A stretch of DNA of 60,145 nt, from the IMG/VR virus record IMGVR_UViG_3300023293_000013, positions 1-60,145 of that record; one strand, given 5' to 3'. A model generated the notes under the pieces. It ran no database searches. It worked only from the letters and a program-made list of their open reading frames with translations, and was not told the origin of the DNA. Within the stretch, counting starts at the first letter, position 1, and the number at the start of each line of letters is the position of its first letter. The stretch comes from a virus (lineage: Duplodnaviria; Caudoviricetes). The translations under genes and the position numbers were made by a program. Shown in pieces: positions 25,917 through 35,394 of the stretch.

Positions 25917-26163
25917 AGAACTAGTAATATTAAACAAATTACAGAAATATCTTAAAGAAGCCTATCAAAACGTTGGTGATAATATGATTGCTGGTGGTAT
26001 TGACAATATGGAAAAATACAAGTATATGATGGGGCAGGCACATGCCTATTTAAGAATATCACAGGAAATATCATCCCTGCTAAACCCTAAGAAGGAGAAA
26101 AAAAATGATACTGAACGAGCAGAAAACGTCGTCGAATTCGACTTCGGAAGAACCGAAAATTAA
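25906..26163 (+). CDS. Hypothetical protein upstream of groES
   Basis: AGGAG RBS. Confidence 0.65.
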   Translation: MLSEELVILNKLQKYLKEAYQNVGDNMIAGGIDNMEKYKYMMGQAHAYLRISQEISSLLNPKKEKKNDTERAENVVEFDFGRTEN

Positions 26164-26572
26164 ATCGGCACTATTAAATAAATACGAAACAGAAGATCAA
26201 AAAGAAATGGACGGTTACGAACGTCTTAAAACAAAAGAATCTAATAAATTACCTAAACCAACTGGATGGAGACTTGTAGTTCTTCCTTTTAAAATGAAGG
26301 AAAAAACTAAAGGTGGATTAATAATTGGACAAGATACACTAGAGAGACAACAAGTAGGATCTACTTGTGGTTTAGTTCTTGCAACAGGTCCACATTGTTA
26401 TGACAAAGAAAAATTTCCTGAAGGTCCTTGGTGTAAAAAAGGGGATTGGGTAATTTTTGCAAGATATGCTGGATCAAGAATTCAGATAGATGGTGGGGAG
26501 ATAAGAATGCTAAATGACGATGAAGTTTTAGCAACCATTGATAGTCCCGAAGATATACTTCATCAATATTAA
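26105..26572 (+). CDS. groES: GroES/cpn10-like co-chaperonin
   Basis: LPKPTGWRLVV..KTKGGLII...VLATGP...KGDWVIFARYAG...DDEVLA. Confidence 0.88.
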   Translation: MILNEQKTSSNSTSEEPKIKSALLNKYETEDQKEMDGYERLKTKESNKLPKPTGWRLVVLPFKMKEKTKGGLIIGQDTLERQQVGSTCGLVLATGPHCYDKEKFPEGPWCKKGDWVIFARYAGSRIQIDGGEIRMLNDDEVLATIDSPEDILHQY

Positions 26573-26586
26573 CATAGGAGAAAACT

Positions 26587-27576
26587 ATGCCTGACGTAGA
26601 AGCTAAAACAGTCGATATAGATACATCTGGTCCAGATATTGAAGTTGAATTAGAAAATGATCAACAAGAAACTGAAACAGAAACAAGTAATATAGAGATT
26701 GCTAATGAAACAACTAATGAAGACAGTGTTGAGTCTAAAGACTCATCTGAGAAACCTAGTGAGCAGTCAGATGTTCAAACTAGTGAAGAAAAGAAAGAAA
26801 AAGAATTAGAACAGTACAGTGATGGTGTTCAAAAAAGAATAGCCAAACTTACTAAGAAGTGGAGAGAAGCTGAGAGACAAAAAGATGAAGCTTTAACTTA
26901 TGCTCAAAGAGTTATGCAGGATAAGAAAGCTGTCGATGAAAAAATCTCTAAACTAGAACCTGGATTTATGAAGTCTACAGAAGACTCTATTGTATCTGGT
27001 CTAGAATCTGCTAAAGCTAAATTAACTGCAGCTAGAGAAGCTGGAGATATTAATGCTGAAGTAGAAGCTCAAACTGCTATTTCTGAACTAGCCTATAAAC
27101 AAGCTAGATTCTCAGAAGCTAAATCTCAACAAGAAGAAATAGCTAAGAGAAGAGAAATTGAAGTTAAAACTCCTGATATTAACTTAAATAGACAACAAGT
27201 AGCACAAGGAACACCTGATCCTAAAGCTGAAACATGGGCTAGTAAAAACTCATGGTTTGGTCAAGATTCAGCAATGACTTATACTGCTTTTGACTTACAT
27301 AAGAAGTTAACAGAAACTGAAGGATTTGATCCATCAAGTGATGAATACTATGTGGAAATAGATAAAAGAATAAGACTTGAATTTCCTCATAAGTTTGATA
27401 CAATTGATGTCAAAGAAACGGCTAAGCCTGTACAAACTGTAGCATCAGCTACTAGAAGTACAAAAACTGGTCGCAAAACTGTGAGGCTCACACCGTCACA
27501 GGTAGCAATTGCTAAAAAATTAGGTGTGCCGCTAGAACTTTATGCGAAACAATTAAACATCACGAAGGAGGCTTAA
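26587..27576 (+). CDS. Putative capsid scaffolding protein
   Basis: Acidic N-terminus, coiled coil, C-terminal LTPSQVAIAKKLGV; upstream of the capsid gene. Confidence 0.65.
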   Translation: MPDVEAKTVDIDTSGPDIEVELENDQQETETETSNIEIANETTNEDSVESKDSSEKPSEQSDVQTSEEKKEKELEQYSDGVQKRIAKLTKKWREAERQKDEALTYAQRVMQDKKAVDEKISKLEPGFMKSTEDSIVSGLESAKAKLTAAREAGDINAEVEAQTAISELAYKQARFSEAKSQQEEIAKRREIEVKTPDINLNRQQVAQGTPDPKAETWASKNSWFGQDSAMTYTAFDLHKKLTETEGFDPSSDEYYVEIDKRIRLEFPHKFDTIDVKETAKPVQTVASATRSTKTGRKTVRLTPSQVAIAKKLGVPLELYAKQLNITKEA

Positions 27577-27580
27577 GCAT

Positions 27581-28051
27581 ATGGAAAATAATATTAAAGA
27601 CGACAAGAGAACCTCACGTGCGAGTCAAACAAGAGAAGAAACATCTCATAAAAAAGTTTGGACTCCACCATCAAGTTTAGATGCACCCCCGGCGCCTACA
27701 GGATTTAGGCACAGATGGATTAGAGTAGAATCTATGGGATTCAACGATACTAAGAATGTTCAAGGCAGATTAAGATCTGGTTATGAACTTGTTAGAGCAG
27801 ATGAATATCCAGACTCAGCTTTTCCAATTGTCGAAGACGGCAAATATTCGGGAGTGATCGGAGTTGGTGGCCTTGTGCTGGCAAGGGTACCGGAAGAGAT
27901 TGCAGAGCAACGTACTGAATACTATCAGAAACAGGCTCAAGATAACGTCGACGCTGTTGACAACGATCTTATGAAGGAGCAGCACCCAAGTATGCCGATC
28001 AATATTGATCGACAAACTCGTGTAACCTTCGGTGGCTCAAAGAAAAGTTAA
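27581..28051 (+). CDS. Conserved head-module protein
   Basis: ORF track; context. Confidence 0.7.
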   Translation: MENNIKDDKRTSRASQTREETSHKKVWTPPSSLDAPPAPTGFRHRWIRVESMGFNDTKNVQGRLRSGYELVRADEYPDSAFPIVEDGKYSGVIGVGGLVLARVPEEIAEQRTEYYQKQAQDNVDAVDNDLMKEQHPSMPINIDRQTRVTFGGSKKS

Positions 28052-28113
28052 TTTTTTAACAATTACTAGACCATTCGAAGATAAACTAACAATGTCTAAG
28101 GAGGACAAATACT

Positions 28114-28680
28114 ATGGCAAATAAAGACGCCGCTTTCGGTTTGAAAGCAATAGGAAAAGTCGGACAGAATAGAGACAATCAAGGTTTATCTGAATACTCA
28201 ATAGCTGCAAGTTCAGCTGCGATCTATCAATGGGATCCAGTTAAAACTGCGGGCGGTTACTTATTAGTAGCTGGCGCAGGTGGCAATATTAGAGGTTCAC
28301 TAAACGGTGTTTTCTATACTGACGCATCAACAAGCAAGCCTACGTGGGCTAACCACTTAGAAGCAGCAAATACAGCAACTGATATTGTTGGTTTTGTTTC
28401 TGACGATCCTTATGAAAGGTTCGAGATTCAATCTAATAATGCAGGCGCTTCAGCAGTAACAGATGTAGGAAAAACTGCAGAACTTGTGTACGCAGCAGGT
28501 TCTTCACCAGACTACATTTCAGGTGCAGAGTTAGATGATTCTACTCTAAACACTACTGCTCAACAATTAAAGATCATGGGAATTTCCAAAGATATTAACA
28601 ATTCTGACGTAGCATCTGCTAACGTTAATTGGGTTGTTATGATTGCGGAACATGAACTTAATTCAACAACTGGTACGTAA
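28114..28680 (+). CDS. Putative capsid decoration/minor head protein
   Basis: GGAGG RBS; directly before the capsid gene. Confidence 0.6.
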   Translation: MANKDAAFGLKAIGKVGQNRDNQGLSEYSIAASSAAIYQWDPVKTAGGYLLVAGAGGNIRGSLNGVFYTDASTSKPTWANHLEAANTATDIVGFVSDDPYERFEIQSNNAGASAVTDVGKTAELVYAAGSSPDYISGAELDDSTLNTTAQQLKIMGISKDINNSDVASANVNWVVMIAEHELNSTTGT

Positions 28681-28692
28681 GGAGTATAGAAC

Positions 28693-29595
28693 ATGGCGAT
28701 ATCAAGAGGACAACTAGTTAAAGAACTAGAACCAGGTTTGAATGCACTATTCGGACTGGAATATAAGCGTTACGAGAATCAGCACGCTGAAATATATACT
28801 ACTGAATCTTCAGACAGAGCGTTTGAAGAAGAAGTTATGTTATCAGGTTTTGCTCAAGCTCAGACTAAAGCAGAAGGAAGTGGAGTTTCATTTGACAATG
28901 CTCAAGAAACTTTCACTGCAAGATATTCACACGAGACTGTGGCTCTTGCTTTTGCAATTACTGAAGAAGCTATTGAGGATAACTTGTATGACAGACTTGC
29001 AAGTAGATATACAAAAGCGTTAGCTAGATCTATGGCGAACACTAAACAAGTTAAAGCGGTACAACCATTGATTAATGGTTTCGGTACATTCACTTCTGGT
29101 GATGGTTCTGCATTATTTGCAACTAACCACCCAACTATAAGTGGAACTGTATCAAACACATTAGCAACAGCTGCTGACTTAAACGAAACTTCACTAGAGC
29201 AATCATTAATTGACGTTGCTGCAATGACAGACGAAAGAGGTCTAAAAATTGCTGCAAGAGGTGTTAAAATGATTATTCCAAGTGAGCTTCAGTTCACTGC
29301 TGAGAGATTGATGAAATCTCAAGGTAGAGTTGGTACTGCTGATAATGACATTAACGCAATTGCGTCTATGGGAATGGTTCCTCAAGGTTATAGAGTGAAC
29401 AACTTCCTAACTGACCCAGATGCGTTTTATCTTATCACAGATGTACCAAATGGTATGAAGTACTTTGACAGAGCGTCTATCAAGACTGCAATGGAAGGTG
29501 ATTTCGATACTGGTAATGTAAGATACAAAGCTAGAGAAAGATACTCTTTTGGAGTTTCTGACTATAGAGGTATTTTTGCTTCACCAGGAGCATAA
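28693..29595 (+). CDS. Major capsid protein
   Basis: MAISRGQLVKELEPGLNALFGLEY...RYKARERYSFG type recalled from 37-F6/HTVC023P-like phages; followed by a strong hairpin. Confidence 0.88.
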   Translation: MAISRGQLVKELEPGLNALFGLEYKRYENQHAEIYTTESSDRAFEEEVMLSGFAQAQTKAEGSGVSFDNAQETFTARYSHETVALAFAITEEAIEDNLYDRLASRYTKALARSMANTKQVKAVQPLINGFGTFTSGDGSALFATNHPTISGTVSNTLATAADLNETSLEQSLIDVAAMTDERGLKIAARGVKMIIPSELQFTAERLMKSQGRVGTADNDINAIASMGMVPQGYRVNNFLTDPDAFYLITDVPNGMKYFDRASIKTAMEGDFDTGNVRYKARERYSFGVSDYRGIFASPGA

Positions 29596-29604
29596 TAATT
29601 AGAA

Positions 29605-29637
29605 ATAATGAGGCGAGACACAATCTCGCCTCATTAT
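29605..29637 (+). terminator. 14-bp hairpin after the capsid gene (terminator/stabilizer)
   Basis: ATAATGAGGCGAGA-CACAA-TCTCGCCTCATTAT. Confidence 0.7.
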
Positions 29638-29654
29638 CAATATAGAAAGAGAAA

Positions 29655-29918
29655 ATGACTAAACATAAATATATTGTGAACATATTTACAAAATATCTTC
29701 AAACTAGTTTTGAAATTGAAAGTGAAAAAGAGATAAATAATATGGAAGAGCTAAATAAACCTATTATTGACTTTCTAGGAAAATCTGATATAAAATGGGA
29801 AAAAAATGATCTGCAGTATCATGGTACTGGAAATGATTTTTATATAACCTATGAGGAGGTTCAAAATGGCTCAGGACAACATGGTATTGTTCGCAAAGAA
29901 ACTGAAACTCGAATCTAA
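29655..29918 (+). CDS. Hypothetical protein
   Basis: ORF track. Confidence 0.6.
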   Translation: MTKHKYIVNIFTKYLQTSFEIESEKEINNMEELNKPIIDFLGKSDIKWEKNDLQYHGTGNDFYITYEEVQNGSGQHGIVRKETETRI

Positions 29919-30078
29919 TTGGAACGAGTTATTTCTTGAGAACAGAGGAAAAATAACACCAGAAATGTCTGTTTTAGGTGATGAGATTAAACGAGTAGTT
30001 AGATCAATCATTAGAGAACAAGAAGCAGAGGTTCTTAATAATCTTAAAGATGGTGAAGTTCATCTTTTTGCTGGTTAA
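29866..30078 (+). CDS. Hypothetical protein
   Basis: Start corrected to the ATG after GAGGAGG. Confidence 0.6.
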   Translation: MAQDNMVLFAKKLKLESNWNELFLENRGKITPEMSVLGDEIKRVVRSIIREQEAEVLNNLKDGEVHLFAG

Positions 30079-30125
30079 TTAGAACTTAGACATTATTAAA
30101 AAAGACCTTTTTCCTTAGGGATCTC

Positions 30126-30154
30126 TTGCACTCTATTCAAAAATCATATATAAA
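30126..30154 (+). promoter_or_regulatory. Sigma70-type promoter of the tail operon
   Basis: TTGCAC-17 nt-TATAAA; predicted TSS ~30161. Confidence 0.6.
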
Positions 30155-30160
30155 TATCTC

Positions 30161-30240
30161 ACTATACATAAATTAATTAATATTTTACATAGACGCGGTA
30201 TAGTCGACGGCCTAGAGACTATGTAGAATTTAACTAGGAG
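30161..30240 (+). ncRNA. Doubly pseudoknotted cis-regulatory RNA candidate that sequesters the RBS
   Basis: 11-bp stem 30182-92/30219-29; loop GTATAGT pairs with ACTATAC 30161-67; loop CCTAG pairs with CTAGG 30234-38. Confidence 0.7.
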
Positions 30241-30247
30241 AATAATC

Positions 30248-30658
30248 ATGGCTAATACTACATTCTCAGGACCAGTCCGATCGGAAAATGGTTTTGAAGA
30301 CATAACAAAAAACGCAGATACAGGTGCAATCACAACTAATGCTACTTATGGAGCAACTATCACAGGTGGTGTTCAATCATTATCTGGTGCAGGTGCAGTT
30401 GATCTTACAAATTTAGTAACAGAACTTACAACAGCAGCAGGTGCTGCTGCAGTTACTTTAGCAGATGGAACAACTTCAGGCCAAATCAAAATCATTAACA
30501 TGATTGTTGATGGTGGTGGAACTGCAACAGTTACTCCAGTTACATTTGCAAACGGAACAACAGTTGCTTTCGATGCAGTAGCTGATTCAGCTACTTTAGT
30601 ATGGAACAGTACTATTGGTTGGGTCGCTACTTCAGTGAATGGGGCAACAGTAGCATAA
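30248..30658 (+). CDS. Virion structural protein
   Basis: MANTTFSGPVRS; Thr/Gly/Ala-rich. Confidence 0.75.
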   Translation: MANTTFSGPVRSENGFEDITKNADTGAITTNATYGATITGGVQSLSGAGAVDLTNLVTELTTAAGAAAVTLADGTTSGQIKIINMIVDGGGTATVTPVTFANGTTVAFDAVADSATLVWNSTIGWVATSVNGATVA

Positions 30659-30670
30659 TAAATAATTAAT

Positions 30671-30688
30671 GGAGCCCTTCGGGGCTCC
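30671..30688 (+). terminator. UUCG hairpin (terminator/processing)
   Basis: GGAGCCC-TTCG-GGGCTCC. Confidence 0.65.
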
Positions 30689-30713
30689 TACAAAATTTTA
30701 AGGAGAAAACAAT

Positions 30714-31004
30714 ATGTCATCAGATCAAAAATTTACAACACTTACAGCTGACGGACAGGTTAAAACTGTTTCAGGTGGATCAACTAATATTGGACCAGCT
30801 AGAGTTACATACATTCAAGGTACAGGAATTACTAACATAAAACTTTATGATGCAGCATCTGCATCTGGAAGTATAGTTTTTGAAGCTACTTTTGGAGACG
30901 AGGGTTTAGATATTTATGTTCCTGGAAATGGAATTAGATTTGAAAACACTATTTATGCAGATGTAACTGGAACAGGTTCTATTACACTTGGATATACTGG
31001 CTAG
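30714..31004 (+). CDS. Virion structural protein
   Basis: AAGGAG RBS; beta-rich. Confidence 0.7.
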   Translation: MSSDQKFTTLTADGQVKTVSGGSTNIGPARVTYIQGTGITNIKLYDAASASGSIVFEATFGDEGLDIYVPGNGIRFENTIYADVTGTGSITLGYTG

Positions 31005-31012
31005 GAGGCTAA

Positions 31013-31741
31013 ATGGCTAATACTACTTCGGGAACTACAATTTTCGATAAGAATTTTTCTATTGATGAAATAATAGAAGAAGCTTATGAACGAATTGGTA
31101 TGCAGGGTGTTTCCGGTAATCAATTAAGATTAGCTAGACGTTCTTTAAATATAATGTTTCAAGAATGGGGTAATAGAGGTCTACATTATTGGGAAGTTGC
31201 AAATAATTCAATTACATTAGTAGATGGTCAAGCAGTTTATACAATGTTTAGATCAACAGATGATGGTACTTCTAGTGCTACAGCTGTTTATGGTGTTGAT
31301 GATGTTTTAGAAGCTAGTTATAGAAATTCTTCAAGTGTTGATACACCTCTTACAAAAATAAGTAGATCAACTTATCAAGCTTTATCAAATAAAAGTTCTG
31401 AAGGTCAACCCACTCAATATTTTGTACAAAGATTTATTGATAAAGTAACAGTTACTTTATATTTAACTCCCGGAAGCTCTGAAGCCGGAAACTTTATTAA
31501 CTATTATTACGTAAAAAGAATTCAAGATGTTGGTGGTTATACTAATGCAACTGATGTACCTTATAGATTCATACCTTGTATGGCTTCAGGATTATCTTTT
31601 TATTTATCACAAAAATTTAAACCAGAAATTACACAACAAATGAAATTATTATATGAAGATGAATTACAAAGAGCTTTATCTGAAGATGGTTCTTCTTCTA
31701 GTTCTTTTATAACTCCTAAAACTTATTACCCGAATATATAA
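31013..31741 (+). CDS. Putative head-tail adaptor / tail tubular protein
   Basis: Position and helical-hairpin-like pattern. Confidence 0.55.
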   Translation: MANTTSGTTIFDKNFSIDEIIEEAYERIGMQGVSGNQLRLARRSLNIMFQEWGNRGLHYWEVANNSITLVDGQAVYTMFRSTDDGTSSATAVYGVDDVLEASYRNSSSVDTPLTKISRSTYQALSNKSSEGQPTQYFVQRFIDKVTVTLYLTPGSSEAGNFINYYYVKRIQDVGGYTNATDVPYRFIPCMASGLSFYLSQKFKPEITQQMKLLYEDELQRALSEDGSSSSSFITPKTYYPNI

Positions 31742-32238
31742 TGGCAAAATTATCTACAGGAAAATACGCACAAGCAATATCAGATAGATCAGGTATGGCA
31801 TTTCCTTATCAAGAAATGGTTACTGAATGGGATGGTACTTTTGTTCATGTTTCAGAATTTGAATCTAAACAACCACAAATTCAACCAACAAGATTTACAG
31901 GTGATCCTCAAGGATTAATGAATGCTAGACCAGCAAGAGTTGAACCTGCAACAGAAAATTTATTACCTGGAAATCCATTTAGTTTAACTTCAGGTTCCGC
32001 TATTGTAACCGTTACAGAACCTGCACATAGAAGATCAACAAGTGATGTTGTTGTATTTAGAAATGTAGATAAAAGCCCCGGAGGCCTGGTGTATTCTTTA
32101 TTTGAAAATTCTGCAGGATTTAGTATAACAGTTATTAATACAAATAGTTATAGTTTTAATTGTGGAAGCAATGCAATTATAACAGAAAACTCAGGAGGAA
32201 TGTCTGTGACCGCTGGTCCAGTTACATTAACACCATAA
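31741..32238 (+). CDS. Virion structural protein
   Basis: Coupled ORF. Confidence 0.7.
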   Translation: MAKLSTGKYAQAISDRSGMAFPYQEMVTEWDGTFVHVSEFESKQPQIQPTRFTGDPQGLMNARPARVEPATENLLPGNPFSLTSGSAIVTVTEPAHRRSTSDVVVFRNVDKSPGGLVYSLFENSAGFSITVINTNSYSFNCGSNAIITENSGGMSVTAGPVTLTP

Positions 32239-32945
32239 TGGCAGGTTTTACTTACGCAACTTTAACAACAGCAATTTTAAATTATACTGAGGTAGATAAT
32301 AATGTTTTAACATCTACTATTACAGATCAAATAATTGAAAATACAGAATTAAGAATTTTAAGAGATGTTCCAATTGATGCATATAAAAAACAAAAAATTG
32401 GTAATTTAGTTACAGGACAAAATACAGTTAACGTTCCTGCTCAAACTTTATTTGTAAAAGGTGTACAAGTTTATGATTCAACATCAGCTTCTACAGGTGC
32501 GAATACTTGGTTAGAGAAAAAAGATGAAACATATTTACAAGAATTTCAACCTTCTACAGAAAATGCAGCTAGAGCTAAACCAAAATACTATGCTATGTTT
32601 GGTGGAGCAACAGGTGTAACAGATACGACTTCAGGAAGATTATTTTTAGCTCCTGCACCAGATACTACTTATGTATTTAAAATAAGTTATGAAACAATTC
32701 CAACTGGATTATCTGGCTCAAATACTACAACTTATATTAGTCAATACTTTGGAAATGGTTTATTATATGCTTGTTTATCAGAAGCATTTTCTTATTTAAA
32801 AGGTCCAATAGATATGTTGACACTATATGAAAATAAGTATAAACAAGAGCTAGAGAAGTTCGCAGCAGAACAACTTGGTAGACGTAAAAGAGATGACTAC
32901 ACGGACGGTACTGTTCGTATACCAGTCCCTTCACCGACACCTTAA
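32238..32945 (+). CDS. Putative adaptor/tail protein
   Basis: Start corrected to MAGFTY; LAPAPD..Y, LLYACLSEA. Confidence 0.6.
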   Translation: MAGFTYATLTTAILNYTEVDNNVLTSTITDQIIENTELRILRDVPIDAYKKQKIGNLVTGQNTVNVPAQTLFVKGVQVYDSTSASTGANTWLEKKDETYLQEFQPSTENAARAKPKYYAMFGGATGVTDTTSGRLFLAPAPDTTYVFKISYETIPTGLSGSNTTTYISQYFGNGLLYACLSEAFSYLKGPIDMLTLYENKYKQELEKFAAEQLGRRKRDDYTDGTVRIPVPSPTP

Positions 32946-32958
32946 TAGGAGATAAATT

Positions 32959-33411
32959 ATGGCAATATCATCAGCAATATGTTCAAGTTTTAAACAAGAA
33001 CTTTTACAAGGCAAACACGATTTCGATTCATCAGGTGGAGACACTTTTAAAATAGCTTTATATACAAGTTCAGCATCTTTAGGTGCTGCAACAACTGATT
33101 ATGCAACTACAAATGAAATATCTAATACTGCAGGATCTGCATACGTTGCAGGTGGTGCTACATTAACAAATACTGGAGTTGGTTTAACTTCAACAACTGC
33201 ATTCACAGACTTTACTGATGTATCTTACACAAGTGCATCTTTCACAGCTAACGGCGCATTAATTTACAACACAACAACTGATGGTGGTTCAGGTACTACT
33301 GACGCTGTTGCAGTGATTGCTTTTGGTTCTGATAAAACTGCAACTAACGGAACTTTTACAATTCAGTTCCCTGCAAACGATTCATCGAACGCAATCATCA
33401 GATTAGCTTAG
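32959..33411 (+). CDS. Tail/virion protein
   Basis: MAISSAICSSFKQELL...FKIALYT. Confidence 0.7.
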   Translation: MAISSAICSSFKQELLQGKHDFDSSGGDTFKIALYTSSASLGAATTDYATTNEISNTAGSAYVAGGATLTNTGVGLTSTTAFTDFTDVSYTSASFTANGALIYNTTTDGGSGTTDAVAVIAFGSDKTATNGTFTIQFPANDSSNAIIRLA

Positions 33412-33420
33412 GAGTAGCCC

Positions 33421-34365
33421 ATGTCTGGATGGGGACGATTCACCTTTGGCCAAGCCGAGTGGGGTGAAGACGAATTATTGGCAACAGGTTGGGGTGCTAA
33501 ATCCTGGGGCGCTGGTGAATGGGGAAATCTCGCAGACGAAACTGTAACTCTTACAGGTTTATCAATATCTACAAATATCGGATCAGTAACTGTAACAGGA
33601 ACAGCTGTTGTCGATTTAATTGGTGAAGAATTTAATTCAAATATTGGATCAATAACAAATGTTATTGACGTTAACTTTATTGCAAATGGTATTTCATTCA
33701 GTGCAGATATTGGAACACTTACAACAGGTATAGATGTTGATGTTTCATTAACAGGTATTGAACTTCCAACTGCATTAGGAGTTATAGATCCTGCAGATCA
33801 AGTCATGGGTCTAACAGGTCAAGAATTTAATGTCATTCAAGGTACAGCAGTTGCACCAAATGAAGATGTATCTATAACAGGATTTCAAATTACCTCGGCT
33901 CAAGGAACAGCAATTGCAGATACTACTACAATTATTAATCCAACAGGATTTGAAATTACATCAGAACAAGGTACAGCAATTGCACCCAATGAAGATGTAA
34001 CTCTAACAGGTCAACAGCTACAATCAGATGTAGGTATTATAATTGGAGGAGGTTCAGCAGTTGTACCTTTAACAGGTATATCAATTACATCTTCTGTAGG
34101 AATCATTGATCCAGCAGATCAGGTTATGGGTTTAACAGGCCAATCTTTCAATGCAAATGTGGGATCTGTTTCTATTGAAGACCAAGTAGTTGGATTAACT
34201 GGATTTACAATAACATCAATAGTTGGAGCACCGTTTATTATACATTACCAAGATGTTGACACAGGCTCAAATACCAATTATAGTGGCGTTTCAACAGGTT
34301 CGAATAGTAACTATTCAGATGTTGCAACTGGATCAAATACAAGTTATAACGACGTAGCAGCATAG
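33421..34365 (+). CDS. Tail-associated repeat protein
   Basis: WG repeats at the N-terminus, LTG...G repeats, GSN.NY repeats. Confidence 0.7.
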   Translation: MSGWGRFTFGQAEWGEDELLATGWGAKSWGAGEWGNLADETVTLTGLSISTNIGSVTVTGTAVVDLIGEEFNSNIGSITNVIDVNFIANGISFSADIGTLTTGIDVDVSLTGIELPTALGVIDPADQVMGLTGQEFNVIQGTAVAPNEDVSITGFQITSAQGTAIADTTTIINPTGFEITSEQGTAIAPNEDVTLTGQQLQSDVGIIIGGGSAVVPLTGISITSSVGIIDPADQVMGLTGQSFNANVGSVSIEDQVVGLTGFTITSIVGAPFIIHYQDVDTGSNTNYSGVSTGSNSNYSDVATGSNTSYNDVAA

Positions 34366-34378
34366 GAGAAAAAAATTT

Positions 34379-35392
34379 ATGGCATCTACATACACACCTC
34401 TCGGTATAGAGATAATGAATACTGGCGAAAACGCTGGTACATGGGGAAATAAAACTAACGCAAACTTAAATCTTTTTGAACAACTAACAGGTGGATTTTC
34501 AACATTATCTATTGCAGGTGGTGCGAATACTACTGACCTAACAGTTATAGATGGTAATACAACAGGTACAGCTCAATACAGAATGATTGAGTTTACAGGT
34601 TCAATTACAGGAAATCAAATTGTAACTATTCCTTTAGATATAGAAACATTTTATTTTTTAAGAAATTCAACAACAGGTGCTTACACGGTACAATTTAAAT
34701 ATGTAACAGGTTCAGGGGATACAACTACTTTTGCAACAACAGATAAAGGTGATAAATTAATTGTTGCTTCAGCAAATGATGGAACTAATCCAGATATAGT
34801 ATCTATTGCATTAGCTTCACCTCCAGGTGGATCGAATACACAAATTCAATTTAATGATGGTGGAACTGCTTTTGGTGGATCCGCTAATTTAGTTTGGGAT
34901 GGTACAAATTTTGTAATAGGTGCACAAGGTGATTTAAGATTATCAGATACAACAGGTGGAGAGTATGTTGGACTACAAGCTCCAGGTACAGTTTCAGCTT
35001 CTTACACTTTAACTTTACCAGCAGCAACAGGTTCAGCGGATCAAATTTTAACAACTAATGGTTCTGGAGTTTTATCTTTTGTAGATAACTCTGGTGGAAC
35101 AGATTGGCAAGCAGTTAAAGCCGTTAGTTTTACAGCAGTAGCTGGAGAAGGATATTTTATAAATACATCAGCTGCAGTTAGAACAATGACTTTACCAGCA
35201 GGAACTTTAGGTGATGAAATATCTTTTGTAGATTATGCAGGAACATTTGATTCTAATGCTTTAACAGTTGCACCCAATGGAGCAGAAAAAATTCAAGGAA
35301 CTGCAGCAAGTTTAACAATTTCAGTAGAAAGAGCAGCTAATACTTTGGTCTATACAGATGGAACTCAAGGTTGGTTGTTAAAGGCTAAATAG
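34379..35392 (+). CDS. Tail fiber (proximal) protein
   Basis: GENAGTWG..TN.NL N-terminus; YTLTLPA..G..QILTTNGSG. Confidence 0.7.
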   Translation: MASTYTPLGIEIMNTGENAGTWGNKTNANLNLFEQLTGGFSTLSIAGGANTTDLTVIDGNTTGTAQYRMIEFTGSITGNQIVTIPLDIETFYFLRNSTTGAYTVQFKYVTGSGDTTTFATTDKGDKLIVASANDGTNPDIVSIALASPPGGSNTQIQFNDGGTAFGGSANLVWDGTNFVIGAQGDLRLSDTTGGEYVGLQAPGTVSASYTLTLPAATGSADQILTTNGSGVLSFVDNSGGTDWQAVKAVSFTAVAGEGYFINTSAAVRTMTLPAGTLGDEISFVDYAGTFDSNALTVAPNGAEKIQGTAASLTISVERAANTLVYTDGTQGWLLKAK

Positions 35393-35394
35393 TC

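Noticed and set aside
26105-26572. GroES without GroEL as a novelty
   Set aside because: Stand-alone co-chaperonins are common in marine phages, and T4 gp31 is the precedent.
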